Assembly (NCBI GenBank): GCA_012295275.1
Contig: CM022672.1
Location: 32,116,001 to 32,180,000 of the forward strand
DNA from: Chrysomallon squamiferum
Taxonomy: Eukaryota > Animalia > Mollusca
Direction of reading: 5' to 3'
Length of the DNA stretch: 64,000 nt
Part shown: piece by piece, positions 41,930-55,623 of the stretch
Numbering within the stretch: position 1 is the stretch's first letter
Layout: every line of letters starts with the position of its first letter
Notes under the pieces: model-generated
What the model saw: only the letters and a program-made list of their open reading frames with translations
Databases searched by the model: none
What the model was told of the DNA's origin: nothing
Program-made: the position numbers and the translations under genes

Positions 41930-43062
41930 GTGACTGAGAAAGTAGGTATCAGCAGCGTACATGTTCTAAACCCTGATCTCCCAAATGTAACAATTTTTTA
42001 TTTTTTTAAATTATTTCTTCCAAAATGATAAATTCACAAAATCTGGAATAATCATCCCCAGTATTGTTTGATGTAGTGCATTTATCATAAGCATTCTGTT
42101 TTCTGAACAGAAACTCACAGTGCATTTCTGAAACTAACTTTCTGAACCTCCAAAAAGACTGACAATATGCATCACACAGCTGATTTTAACACTTCATAAT
42201 TTCTAACCTGAACATTATCCAGTGAATTATATACTAGAACAGCCTTTCCTGTCAATTTACTCTGAACTAATAAGTGTCCAAACTGTTTTGGCCATTTAGA
42301 TACCAACCACACTCTTTTGAGAAAGAAAATTTCAACATCATTTTCATCCAAATCAGTAACCGAAACAATTATTGATTCTAAAACCATTCGATCCATTCTC
42401 ACTTGAATTCTCTCTAAACTGTCCTCTCGTTTTAAGTTCATGTTCCATTTTCAATTGAATTATCAGAAATTCTCTTTCATTGTGTCTCTCTTTATCTCTC
42501 CTTTTCTTGTCTTTCATACCCTGTCTTCTCTCTATCTTTCATTTCTTTCATATTCTCTTTTCTCTCTATCATTTTCATGTTCTACTTTCTTAAGCTTTAA
42601 TTTTTGTTTGAAGGTTTATATCCTTTAATAGTAGTGATTCTGCCATACTCTGAATTACACCTATATCATTACTTCCCCCACTCTCATTGGCTAAAGAATC
42701 TCCAAATAAAGCCTCTGTTAATACTTCTCTGATTTGCTCTCTCTTGATGTGTTTCTTGAAATATTATGAATATTTGTCAATTCTGTTAGCTCAGCCCTCT
42801 TAGCTCTTTTTATAGAAGTTACACCAAGACTGTGCACTATATCTTGATCCGTAATAATTTCTGTTCTGATTTTATAATTTTATAATGTTTTTTATTCTTA
42901 TTATTTTGTTTTGTTATGTTTTCTCTAGTAGATATAAACATGAATTAGCTGTCATCAAATTGGGGAAATACTCGATATATCCAAAGAAATAATTCCATAA
43001 GAATTTGAGAAAACGAACTCCCACATTAATTATTTTTAAAATCTTGGATGAGAGCCCCAACT
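41930..43062 (-). mobile_element. Gypsy gag remnant plus PBS, copy 3
   Basis: ORF 42172-42441 carries the same motifs; PBS-like sequence at ~43041-43060. Confidence 0.85.
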
Positions 43063-44975
43063 TTTATAATCCTGTCTAAGGGCTCATACCATAAAACATC
43101 TTGTATATTTTATTAAGGCTCAGCCTGACTGAACCATTTGGTTTTCATGTTGGGTTTTTCCTTTTCTCTTTAAATAACAAGTGCCAGGTGTTTAAAACAA
43201 CCCAAAGCAGTTGAGAAATTTACGGGAAAAATAAAACATGCGGACATCACAGAAAACTAAATTTGTTATGCAATCTGAATTCCAGATGATCAGGCACCCC
43301 TACCAGTGGATGATAAGGCTCCTCACCTCCAGCAGAGAATGACCAGACTCACCATCCCCATCACTAGACAACCAGACTCCTACAAACCTACCAGTGGAAG
43401 ACTGCTGACTTGTATGTGTTCATTCTGTCTTACCATAATTCTATGTAGTCTTCCAAATCTCTGTCCTCTAACAGATCAGCTGAGTGAATAATATAAGATT
43501 TCTCAGTGTTCTTATTTCAAACTGTTGAGGTTTAAAAAAGTGCAGTATTCTATTTCTGATCTTTAGCATTATCCACAGTTATAATTTATATTCACTTTCT
43601 GCTAATTGTAACTTGTATTTGTAATCTGTCTATGAAGGCTCTATATCTGAGGAAAAATGACTCTTCTGACTTCCAGTGGAAAATTGAGCTGTGGCAATAT
43701 TTTCCAGTAATTTAAAAATTTGAAATTGTTTGACTAATATTTAGTAAGTAATAAACTGATGTGATTGTGCTGTCATGTACATACATGTGTAGCTGATATA
43801 ACTCAATGTGCTTTGTGTGACATTTTCTTTGTTCATTTCATGTGTGGCATAAGACATAGCAATTTGACAAACATTTCATTTTTGTCAAGCATGTCCTCGC
43901 ATGTGAAGTGAATTTTACTTATTTTCAAGCATCTCATTTGGGAAGAACATTGTTATTTTGTATTATATATTTTTTTCAGAACAAGAACATGAGACCTCTA
44001 GAAGGAAAGGTGCCTCTAAGCTCTGTCCATAACTTGCAAGAGGTTTTCTATTTTGTGAAAAAGGTGACATCTTGCCAGAACTACACTTCAGTAGACATGA
44101 ATATTTTTTATTTTGATATATAATTGATTCCTATTTTTTATTACTTGAATAAATACTGTTTCTCTTTCAATTCCTGGGTTTTTTGTTTGTAATTTTTTTA
44201 CGCAATAGTCTGCAACTTGTAAGATTTATCTACTTCTTTTTTTTTTGGGAATATTTCTCTTCTTATTCATTGCTTAATGATAACTTTTAGTATTGTCATC
44301 ATTTGTAATAAGTTAGGATTGTCTCATAAAATGCACACAATATCTTTCTTCCTTACATTCTTTAATTCATGATGATAGTATAATATTTTAGATAACTGAT
44401 AATATAATGTACAGAATTGACTCAGACATCTTTCTCTCTTGCCAGATATTCTGTCTTTTCTGCTGACCTACCTTTCACCCCAGTCACACTGACAACATCT
44501 CACACACCTGAACAATACTGACAGACCACTACTGTCTTGCTTTTGTTAAGATACTCTCAGTGGCAGTGTTTGCAGATGTCCTAAATGTCTTCCAGCACCC
44601 AAGTACTTTAATTCTAAACAAACAGAAATACACTTTATATGTTTTCAGTGCAACCAAAGATTACAATGGATGCTTTATTTGAATCCCTCACATGTACTTA
44701 ATACAAAACATTCCCTATAACCATTATTTGTCATATTACTTCTAGATATTTCTACAGTTCTCCTGACTGTAGTTAAATGTTTTGCATGAACAACTGTTAC
44801 ATTGTTACCTTCATGATTATTTTTCAGAGGGGAGGAAAAGTGTCTGCTGTTTACTGCAAATACATTTATAATAAGTAATAGTTAATTACGGGATCTTCTG
44901 TTTTCATTTTACTGACATTGTCTAGTGCCAGGAAACAAACCAAAAATATTGTCAATATTAATTAAATGTTATTTT

Positions 44976-45012
<37 letters not shown>

Positions 45013-45478
45013 ATACTGCATTTGATAAATACTTCCTAGCATTGTATATTAAAAAAGAAAAAGAAAGAAAACAAAAACAAAAATGTCTAACTCCTTTAAA
45101 TAGGTAGTTGTAAAGTATAAATAATGGCTAGACTACTTTAAAAACTAATAGAACAAAATGTAATTTTTCTGATGCTAGGTGACTCTAAATGTCATAATAC
45201 ATAATATTAATTTAAATAATCAGTGCGGCCCTTAAAGCAATGAGCAAACAGCAGGACAGCCCCACATCAGCTAAACCTCAGTCAAGTATCATGTGAGAAC
45301 AGAGTGAGCTGCCCTTGAAACTGCAAGCAAACATGACAGAAGCCTGATGCTGCAGCTGATGATAGTTTGACAATAATTGTTAGCTGAGTTTTCTTGCAGA
45401 TTTATAGACTTTGTGGTTGTTGTTTGATTTGTGATTGTTTAATTATTTGTTGTTTTTTCTTCTTCTTTTTTTGAGAAA

Positions 45479-45509
<31 letters not shown>

Positions 45510-45886
45510 GTTATTATTATTGGTTATGCATTTATTTATTGAATTAGAATTTTTCTTATTCTTAATTATTCCATTTGTTTCTTGATTTTTTTCTATTTAT
45601 TACTCATTTTATTTTATTTTATATTTCAATTTTTGTTTAAGATTATTATTTTGGTGTGTGTGTTTGTTTCAGTTTAGTGAAATCTCTTCTGAACAGCTAA
45701 GATTATCTAGTTCTGTCTCTAATTAAGTAATAATTAAAAACTAAACTATCTGAGTTGTGTTTTAAAATGTGATTATTTCAGATGAATAAAACAATGATTT
45801 TGTGTGTTGAGATAATTCTTAGAGTAGCAAGACAAAGAAACATCTGAAAATGTGTTATTATTTTTCTCTTCTTTCTGTACATATGT

Positions 45887-45921
<35 letters not shown>

Positions 45922-48717
45922 CACATACACGTTTAACAGAATGGAAAACTGATCTTTTTACCACATAGTTTTCAACTTTCTGTTCATATAAATGTTTTTG
46001 ATATTTTATACAACACTTGTTTCATTTAAAACTTCAAAAGGAGTAAAAGTTTAAAAATCAATGGAAAGCAGATAACAAAACAATAGACAAAGAAGTAATT
46101 TGTACATGTAATTTCATCATGTAGCTTTTTCTGATTTAATTACTGATATTATAATTTGATTATTAATACTTGTCACTGTTGCTGGTGTTATTCGGAATAA
46201 ATGAAAAAGGAGATAGAAAGTTAAAGTTGAGAAAACAGTTCATGTGATAAAGAAATGAAACAGCTGGAGTCTGTACTTGTTTGACTGGAGAACATGCTAC
46301 CTCTTGTTGACAGAATCATTATACTGGAATTATTGAAATGAGTAAACATGAAATTATTGTCTCATCTGACTTGAGAACACATTTTTATAGAAACAAAGGC
46401 CCATAATTCTGATTATAGCTTATAACTGTTTTGACTATAAATAGTTTTAACCTTAATTAATGGAAACTTCAGTTACTGGCAGAAATTAAATCCAGTTTTA
46501 AAATTTCATTTTATACTGACTTTAAATAGGTGTTAATGATAACTTCACTGACAAAAATAGGTCTCTCTGCTTTCAAAACTCAACACTGATAATTACTGAC
46601 AAAAATAAATCCAGTTATTCTGTACTGTCAAAGGACTAACATGATTTTATTTCAAAGTGCAAAGAATGAATTTGTATTTGGGTTTCATATATTGCTATGA
46701 AACACTGCCAACTTCTTCACTGCTTAAATAGGATTAAATAGGATTATGAGTTAGTGTAGGTGTTAAGTTTAGTATTAGGTGTTTGTGTAGGTGTTAAGTT
46801 TAGTATTGTGAGTTAGTATAGGAGAGAAGTTTAGGATTAGGGGTTAGTGTTGATGTTATGTTTAGTATTGGGGATTAGTGAAGGTGTAATGTTCAGTATT
46901 AGGTGTTAGTGTATTTGTAAGTTTAGTCTCTAGGTTTGTGTAGGTGTTAAGTTTAGTATTAGAGATTAATGTAGGTGTTAAGCTAATTATTAGGGTTAGT
47001 GTTGGTGGTAAGTTTAGGATTAGGGGTTAGTGTAGGTGTTAAGTTTAGGATTAGGGGTTAGTGTTGGTGTTAAGTTTAGTATTAGGGTTAGTGTTGGTGT
47101 TAAGTTTAGTATTACTGTATACAACTTATGGACAGGGTTAGGATAAATTTAAATTTAGTGTTAGAGATAGGGTTAGGACTAATTCTAGTTCAGATTCAAA
47201 TATATATTTCTCTCAAGAGACACTTCATATAAGACTTGAACAATCTTATGATGAGTTTTAAGATAAAAATACATTCTTTAATTTGCCATACTTTTACGAG
47301 TGAGGTTTACGCCTAGGGTTAGGATTAATTTCAGAGTTAGCGTTAGGTTTAAATATCTGAAAAATCTGCAAGACCTGGAAAGTCATATTATGAATTTCAC
47401 AAGTAAGGTTAGCATTTTGATTAGGGTTAGGTCTCGGGTTAGTCTAACTTAGACACAGATTTAAATGTGAATTTACCTGAAGAGATTTTCATTCAGTACA
47501 GACTGACGTTTTATAGATTTTTGGTGAAACTAAATGAGTTTTGAAAGAGAACATAGTTTTAACGAAAGCTTCGAAACATTCTTTTAAATGTGAATATATG
47601 TTTAATAAATTCGTTTGTGAAGTAAAATAAAAAAAAGACGAACAGGAGAAGAAGAAGAAAATAAGTATGTTGTCATATGAATTGTTCAGTTCTATCCGGT
47701 GAAATAATCTCACTTTCTGTAACTAATATCTTCCCATACACAGGAACACTGAGCTGTTGTTGCACCATGGCTGGCCTCGTTGCGAAAACACACACACATA
47801 TTCATCATCGACATATTTCTTTATCGTTTATCGATCGACTTCAATTCGGCCTGCAGCGCTCAAACTATAATAAAAAAAACTAGATCACCTCCCCATCCAC
47901 ATTACCCCACCCAGTTCTCAGTGTCCGCTGCCGATCTGGTGCACTTCATCTGAAACAAGTAACTGAGAGAAAGGTTTACAATAATTCAGGGATCATGCTC
48001 CCGAAGATGTCACCGTAACGACTCAGTTAACCAGAAGTGTCTTTTGAAGACTGTCGTAATAAAGCGAATCACTGTGTCGATATTTTGTTTACTACTCATG
48101 CGATGTTCGTTTCGTGCACTGCTTAATTTTGATCACTAAATTTGAACTTTTGTCGAAAATTATACTATTTTTCCGATATCATCACTGAATCAGTTCATCA
48201 GTTTCATATTAAAATTGGACTAACAGTTATTTACCAGTTAAATATGGCTCAGAAACCCAAGAAGATGATCCAAAATGACCACCCAAATTTCATAGGAATT
48301 ATAAACATGAGCGGATGATGTTAGTGATCATTAACATATGTTTTTGATGTTGGGCCTATCGGGGAGGGGGATTCAGCCGGTTCTTTGTCCCGGGCCCCAA
48401 GAGCAAAGAAAGGCCCACAGCAACCATGCAACATCCACTCCACCCTCGAAAACAAGCACGTTCTACAACCCTCAGCCCGACACACACTTACATTCACATA
48501 CACAAACATCACTACACGTATCACACAACACTAATTAACTGAATATGTTTGTTACATGTTATATCTCATCATGGAAATAAAACATTTACCAGAGCCTCGG
48601 AAAGACGGCCCTAAGAAATGAAATTTTTGTTTGCGCTTTTTAGCCACATTCTTGTTCAACGTTTGACACTTCTTTTAACGTTGTTTACTGCAACAAGGAC
48701 AACAACAAATGTTATGA

Positions 48718-48762
<45 letters not shown>

Positions 48763-49453
48763 TTAAAATAATAATAATAAAAAAATTTAAAACAGATGAA
48801 GAAAAAAAACGAAAACAGATAGGGGAAAAGAAAGAAACAAATAAATAAATAAATAAATAAATAAAATTAAGGCTTCTATCCTGATACAGCCTTGTATTTG
48901 CTTGCACAAGGAAATAAAAGGTTTTATTTATTTATTTATTTTATTTTATCTTGTTTCGATTTTCTGTCAGGTAAATTCTTACTTTGAAAATATTATGAAC
49001 CTTTAACACCAAGCCTCCCAAACTTTAAATGATGCGAAAAAGGGAAATACAAATGTAAACAAAAATTGCCACGTGTGTGATTGGTGATTGGTTATGCTGA
49101 AGTAATATAACTGACATCTGCAATTCTCGCGGAAAAAATAACTGAGCTGGCGGGAAAAAAATGTCTCTCCTGTTGATTTTCTTCACTTTACAAAAAGGAA
49201 AACAAAAATTGTAATTCCACGGTATAGAAAAAAAAAAAAAAAAAAAGTAAATAATAATTAAAACAAACAAACAGAAAAAGAAACACTATTAGATGAATCT
49301 ATTTCTAATTATTAATAACGAAATGATAAAAAAGCAAAACGAAACAATATAAATAACGATGGAGACAATAATGATAAATAGAATAAAAGAAAAATAGAAA
49401 AAGTAATACGACGATCAAAATAACAATATAATAACAACACCAACAACAGCATA

Positions 49454-49516
<63 letters not shown>

Positions 49517-49609
49517 CATAAATGCACATTGAAAAATCAGTGTAGGTTAAAATCCCCCAGCACCCAATATTCCACATACAAAATTTCTGTACCCGTCCTC
49601 TGTCTCTCT

Positions 49610-49672
<63 letters not shown>

Positions 49673-50394
49673 CTACACTTTCTTTCACATACAAATACGT
49701 CTCCTGTTTCACCATTGAACGCACACCCATAATCTCTGACATGCACACATACAAACATGTCCCGGTGACCGAACGGTAACATCCTCCGCCTTCGGAGGGC
49801 GGGCGAATGGGTGCCATACGTTCTAGTGAAATACACACATACACCTATAAGCATAGACCTATAAACACACATACAAACAGATGTGTGTCACACACTTGCT
49901 CAGTTACACACTCACTCATGCTTTAACGTTCGCATACATTTCAAATAAAGGTGAATAGTATATACACTGTGTAACTTTAAGAAAGGGAGATAAGTAAGGA
50001 ACCAACTAAGAAACAAAATACGAGTAATTATATTTTGCAACGATTTTGTTTTGTTTTAACAGTAACACGCTCGCACACAATGAAACAAACACAAAAACAC
50101 ACCGACACAAAAAACACAAACGATACATACAACACACACAACAAACACACAAGTACACAGTGACATACGCAAATGCAAATGCGTGCGCCTTTCCTCTTCT
50201 TATAATTTATTTCTTGATCAGAAGCGTTTCTGTAAAAAAACATGCTTGTCCAAGAAGGTTATTTTAATTTAAATCTGATAATATATTAACAAAAGTGATA
50301 GGTTTACTTACACATTACCCTCAGTCACTGCATTATAATTCTGTAAAGTGTAAAATAGATTAAAAGTAAATTCATTTTAATAAAAAGGACAGCA

Positions 50395-50483
<89 letters not shown>

Positions 50484-50803
50484 TAATAAAATAAAAATAA
50501 TACATTTCAAAATACTATTAATTCAATAACATTATGATCTTAAGGTTCACCAACATGTATGTAACTATCAGTTTATCAAAATACTTAATGTGCTACTACT
50601 AGAAACACTCTCACTACAAGTTTATCAACATACTTAGTTTGAACTACTAGAAACATTGACAACTACAAGTGTATCAACTTACTTGTGGGTGTTTTTGTAT
50701 GCATGCTTTTATGTATGTACGTATGAACTACGTATGTATGTATGCTTTAGAAAGAGTTATGAGTGATTAGATGTGTGTGTATCTATATCTCTCTCTCTCT
50801 CTC

Positions 50804-50881
<78 letters not shown>

Positions 50882-50967
50882 TACACATATATATATATAT
50901 ACATACTAGATCACATACAAACATACATACATAGATACAGAGATAGGTAGACAGATATTGATATATA

Positions 50968-51000
<33 letters not shown>

Positions 51001-51109
51001 ATGAGTGTGTGTGTTTATGAAAGACATTTAGATATGTGTGTGATCGTATATATATGTTTAAGAAAGTATAAATACATGTATTTATGTGCTAGACAGACAA
51101 TGCGTATTG

Positions 51110-51192
<83 letters not shown>

Positions 51193-51193
<1 letters not shown>

Positions 51194-51730
51194 AGTGGAC
51201 CCTGATTCATTTGGGACCAATCATAGGTGCCGTTTTAGACACAGTGCCGGCTTACACAAATTAAAATGACACGAAATATATTTTATTTCTAATGTTATTG
51301 TTAAGCATCTATCAAGTGTCATCTGAGAAACAGTCTGTCATAGACAACTGCGTTTTTTTCTTCTACTTTATTTATTTATTTATTTGTTTATTTTTTCTTG
51401 TTTCTCTCCAAAACAAACTTCTCTGTCATGGCCTCCATGTTTAACATCGATTGCAAAATCTGCTGTCGGTAGCAGCAACGAAATATTTAATTTGTTTTAT
51501 AATTTTCAGAACATCAGTGTAAGAAATTTCGGTCACTTGGTCATTGTGTGTATCATCAGTCTATTCAGATTTTTGAATTTGTCGGTCGTTACTCTTTGCC
51601 GACATATTATCTTTTTCGTACAACTGTTGGTAATGGTCACTAAGTTTTATAATGTCAAATATTTCCTGTCTTCATATTTCAGATTGCATTGCCAGGGTCT
51701 TAGTACAAACCCGCGGCAAAGTCTAGTCGC
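51193..51730 (-). mobile_element. pogo/Tigger (Tc1-mariner) remnant: 3' terminus and transposase C-terminal fragment
   Basis: TA|CAGTGG terminus at 51191-51198 with subterminal gtgccgttttagaca / gtgccggcttacaca repeats. The minus strand encodes an acidic linker, ISYTDVLKIIKQIKYF, and KKTQLSMTDCF (51327-51359), resembling the KQxxIxDFF tail of pogo/Tigger transposases. Confidence 0.65.
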
Positions 51731-52021
51731 CTTTATTTTTTTATTTTTTATTTATTTATTTATTATTTGAAACAGATCACTTGAAAGTTGAATATCGATA
51801 CATCTTGCCTCCATTTTGTCCAACGGTCTCCTGAACACATTCTGCGATCAGTCAGCGGACTTCAGTTTTTTAGATCGCTTTCCGATGAATTCAATAAAAC
51901 AAAGCAAAATATGCGTCATACGTATTTATTTAGACATCTGCTGTTGACTCTTAATTTAAATGAGTGAATTCACTTAGGTATCACACTAATAATGATCTTG
52001 TTCATTTAGCTGCGTGAAGGG

Positions 52022-52314
52022 CATAGGTTTTCAACCTGGGGGTCGCCAGACTTTTTTTCTGGGGATTGTGAGATCGTTCTTCAGGTAGGGTATGTGTTAG
52101 CTTTGTACAACTTGACTTGGAAGGAGAAATAAATAAAAACGAGTAGATAGGTTTGGGACCCGTCATAGTGAATATAGATTCCTTTTGTACTGTCTTTGCT
52201 TGATGAAAATATGGTAACCCTACATAATATTGAATCAAAAATTTTAAAAGGGATTTTCGGTCATATTGAGTTGCTCATAAGTCGTCGCGGTATGAAAAAG
52301 GTTGAAAACCAGTG
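52022..52314. mobile_element. Non-autonomous hAT (Charlie-like) MITE, ~293 bp
   Basis: Imperfect TIRs cataggttttcaacct / aggttgaaaaccagtg; subterminal gggggtcgc and gtcgcggtatgaaaaagg; flanks gtgaaggg / gtataggg match at 6 of 8 positions, consistent with a degraded 8-bp TSD. Confidence 0.75.
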
Positions 52315-52837
52315 GTATAGGGTTACCTCCCATTAGTCATAGGCTTATTTGTCATACAGCTCATAACAACACAGGTCAAGGTTTGATGCACACTTAATCA
52401 GCTTCCCACCGGAGTTGTGATTACAACAGTTAGCAGTGAGACACAGCCAAGACTAGTTGATCATTCTCCACACAGGGGTGCCCAGCTTACTTACTGCTTG
52501 ACTGCTTTCCAAATTGTATGACTTTTCTGACCATGTGACTGTTGGGAGGATACCGCGTATAGTGATTACAAGAAGCTTGGCATCATTGTTTATTAAGATT
52601 TCACAAAGTGCGATCATTTCATTTTGTCCACGCGGTAGTCTAATTACGTGCTAATTGTTGTCACTGTTTATGAAATGACCTTTATGAAATGAACTTTATT
52701 CTGGAATTTACACCAGATATCCGAAGTAGAGAGCTCCGGATTTTTCAAAGTTTTGTTCATAATATATTAAAGTTAGCCTGGGAATTTCTCCCTATTTTCA
52801 TAACTCTTTTATAAAGTATATTTGTTCTTTGTTTTAC

Positions 52838-52968
<131 letters not shown>

Positions 52969-53467
52969 AGACTACACACATCAAGTACAGATATAGGATC
53001 TGCTCTGGAATCCTGTCTCACAACATCTTTATGTATTACACGCTGTATGCAGAAAAAAAAAATATTACAGAAACTAAATAATAAAACTTGATTTTTATGT
53101 CTATATCATTTTTCTGTTTATATTCTAAACACAAATTAAATCAAAAATAAACGATGTAAGAATTCATGATACAAAAACAAATTTATTTGCATTTTCTTTA
53201 TATACATCTTATATATAAACAAACAAACAGTAAATTTGAAACATAATCTAATTTACTTACATATTTAATATAAATCTGAATAAAAGAAAATTCATAAATA
53301 AATCAAATAACAGTTCTTGTATTTCATGTCCAACAGTCAGTAAGTACATATATAATTTATCTACATTTTATTTTATACACATTTTAAACCGAAAAAAAAA
53401 GTACAAATGAAGCAAGAAATAGTTAAAAATATTAAGTTTTATATACAACTAAAAACATTAGATATAC

Positions 53468-53499
<32 letters not shown>

Positions 53500-53733
53500 A
53501 TGATAAAGCAATGAGATGTTAATATACATTTTTCAAGTATCTGTTTGACACAAAACAATCCATTAGAAAATTTCAAATCAAATCAAGTGTCTATGACGTC
53601 ATCACTGCTGTCTGACGTCATCAGAAAAACGTAAACAAATCAATAAATCAATAAATAAATAAACAAATAAATAAAAATAAAAATATTAGGCCAGTGATGA
53701 CTAAAAGTGACAGTGTTTGAACGATGTTGTTTT

Positions 53734-54975
53734 TTACACTAAAAATAACAAAGCAGGTATTTGTCCATGTCACACACACGTGTAACAAGTTTTCTGTGAC
53801 TGTGTTTAGATTTGTGTGAGTCAGAAAATCTACAAACAAAAGAGTCTACAACAATTTCTGATTTACCTTCAACTCCAAACAATGAGTTGTCTCCCTTAAC
53901 ATTAACAAACAAGCTGTACTCAGTGTCTTTAGTAATCTTCACTGGACGTCTGAACACGACGTCATACACGTCAGACACGACGTGTTCATATCTCTGTGTC
54001 AGCGTAGACCCGTCCAGTATTTCGTCTGTTCTTGTGTCAGTGACGAAGGCGCTGACGTCGTAGTTTCGTGGTTGACGGTGACCGTACAACTGAAATCCGC
54101 GAAGTAAAGCGTTTTTGTTGACAGAGAAAGTAATGGATTCATCAAATGCTTCACCAGAACATATCCAGTAACCAGAACCATGTTCCACCAAACCTGTTTA
54201 TTGTAATCTGTGTTTTACGAATCACTGCAGTTCTCATGTTTGAGTTAAAAGGTGAAACATCTTCATCACTCTTCACCAAGTTTTTAAAAATCTTGAATTT
54301 TGTTCTGTGTCACTGAGTATGTTAGTGGGTGTCACGTGTTCTACAAAATACGTCTGATCGAGTAATGGATAACGCACGTGCTTCACGGCCTCTCCCAGTG
54401 CTTCGCGCATGTTCTGTCCATTCGTCTGTCTTCCTTGCTTCTTACACGCGCTGTCAGCCCACTTCACAGCGGCTTCGAAAACATTTTTTTTCTCGTCTGC
54501 TGTCAGTTCGTCTGATCGTACGATCTCAACCAGACATTCGTGACAAAGATCGGTGACTTCATCCGACTTCAGAACTTCGTCGCCATTTTCCAAAATGAAG
54601 TCCAGAGTTTTTTTTTAGATCATGTTCATCAAACAGGTGAGCTTGTTCCAGCACGACGCACGCATTCCGTGACGACAACGACGACTCCAAATAGCGCACG
54701 CACTGATCTTCCAGTGTCGTGACGATGTACTTCCTCGATAGATACAGCAGACCGGTGACGTTGTGGCCTGTTAGGACGACGTCATCCGTATAAAGATATC
54801 TGTGTAAAAGAATGTATAGTAAGACTTCAAAACGAGAGATAATTATGGGAGATTAATTAATTAGAAAATAATTAGATTACTAACAAAAACTGTATTGTTA
54901 TCAACGTTCGTGTCGGTTTGTATGTTTCGTTACTCACTATGTTCGTACCTGTGTCGCTGTGTGTGTCTCTGTGTG

Positions 54976-55031
<56 letters not shown>

Positions 55032-55297
55032 TTAACATACTTTAAAAACTCTGTGAAAATATCTGCCTGCACATCAGGCAACAGGATGATGTTTTGTTCG
55101 CGAAGTTCTCCCATCAGCATCCTGTGGAAGACTTCGCTTCGTATCATAAGGATGAAGCGATGTGCATCCACAGTTTTTTTTTCTTCCCCAACAACAAATC
55201 TGACGTCGCTGTCTGTTCTCGTACGAAAAACGTGTTCAATACATTCCGTCAGTTTTTTCCCAGTCTGCCAACTTGAAACTTCTGCTGAGGTGGCCAT
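53734..55297 (-). pseudogene. BTB/POZ-BACK-PHR protein of the BTBD1/2/3/6 family (Cullin-3 adaptor type); coding exons 55297-55041 and 54799-53734; frameshifted pseudogene or mis-polished gene
   Basis: MATSAEVSSWQ..SDVRFVVGEEKKTVDAHRFILMIRSEVFHRML..LPDVQADIFTEFLK|YLYTD (BTB, phase-2 GT-AG intron); NACVVLEQAHLFDE..VFEAAVKWA..VRYPLL (BACK); RF..W..ITFSV..LRGFQLYG..GQIPALLF* (PHR). Frameshifts at ~54610, ~54297, ~54192 and ~53775. Confidence 0.9.
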
Positions 55298-55313
55298 GTT
55301 TTCACTATAAACA

Positions 55314-55379
<66 letters not shown>

Positions 55380-55428
55380 TGGAATGGGAGAATAAAAGAA
55401 AAAAGAAATAATTCGGACACAATAATAA

Positions 55429-55511
<83 letters not shown>

Positions 55512-55577
55512 TGGAATGGAGAGAAAGAAAAAGAAATTGTTCGGACACAGAACTGTAACAATAATAATAAAAAAAAT

Positions 55578-55623
<46 letters not shown>

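Larger units (their letters stand above)
39521..44160 (+). ncRNA. Putative lncRNA-like gene, copy 3 (lacks the first two candidate exons)
   Basis: Exon series starts at the ttttttgcag acceptor ending 39520; AATAAA at 44148-44153. Confidence 0.45.
39399..48388 (+). repeat. Segmental tandem repeat unit 3 (~8.99 kb, 5'-truncated by ~1.35 kb)
   Basis: Starts at atttatgtacttacatgtg, which corresponds to 20114 in unit 1 and ~30053 in unit 2; runs into unique DNA after 48388. Confidence 0.97.

Noticed and set aside
48656-51264. Poly-Tyr, Cys-Val and His-Thr ORFs
   Set aside because: Translations of (AAT)n and (CA)n/(TG)n microsatellites.
54872-55561. 229-aa ORF as a complete protein with a hydrophobic N-terminus
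   Set aside because: Only 55297-55041 is exon; the poly-Ile, poly-Leu and His-Thr parts are intronic (AAT)n and (CA)n repeats.
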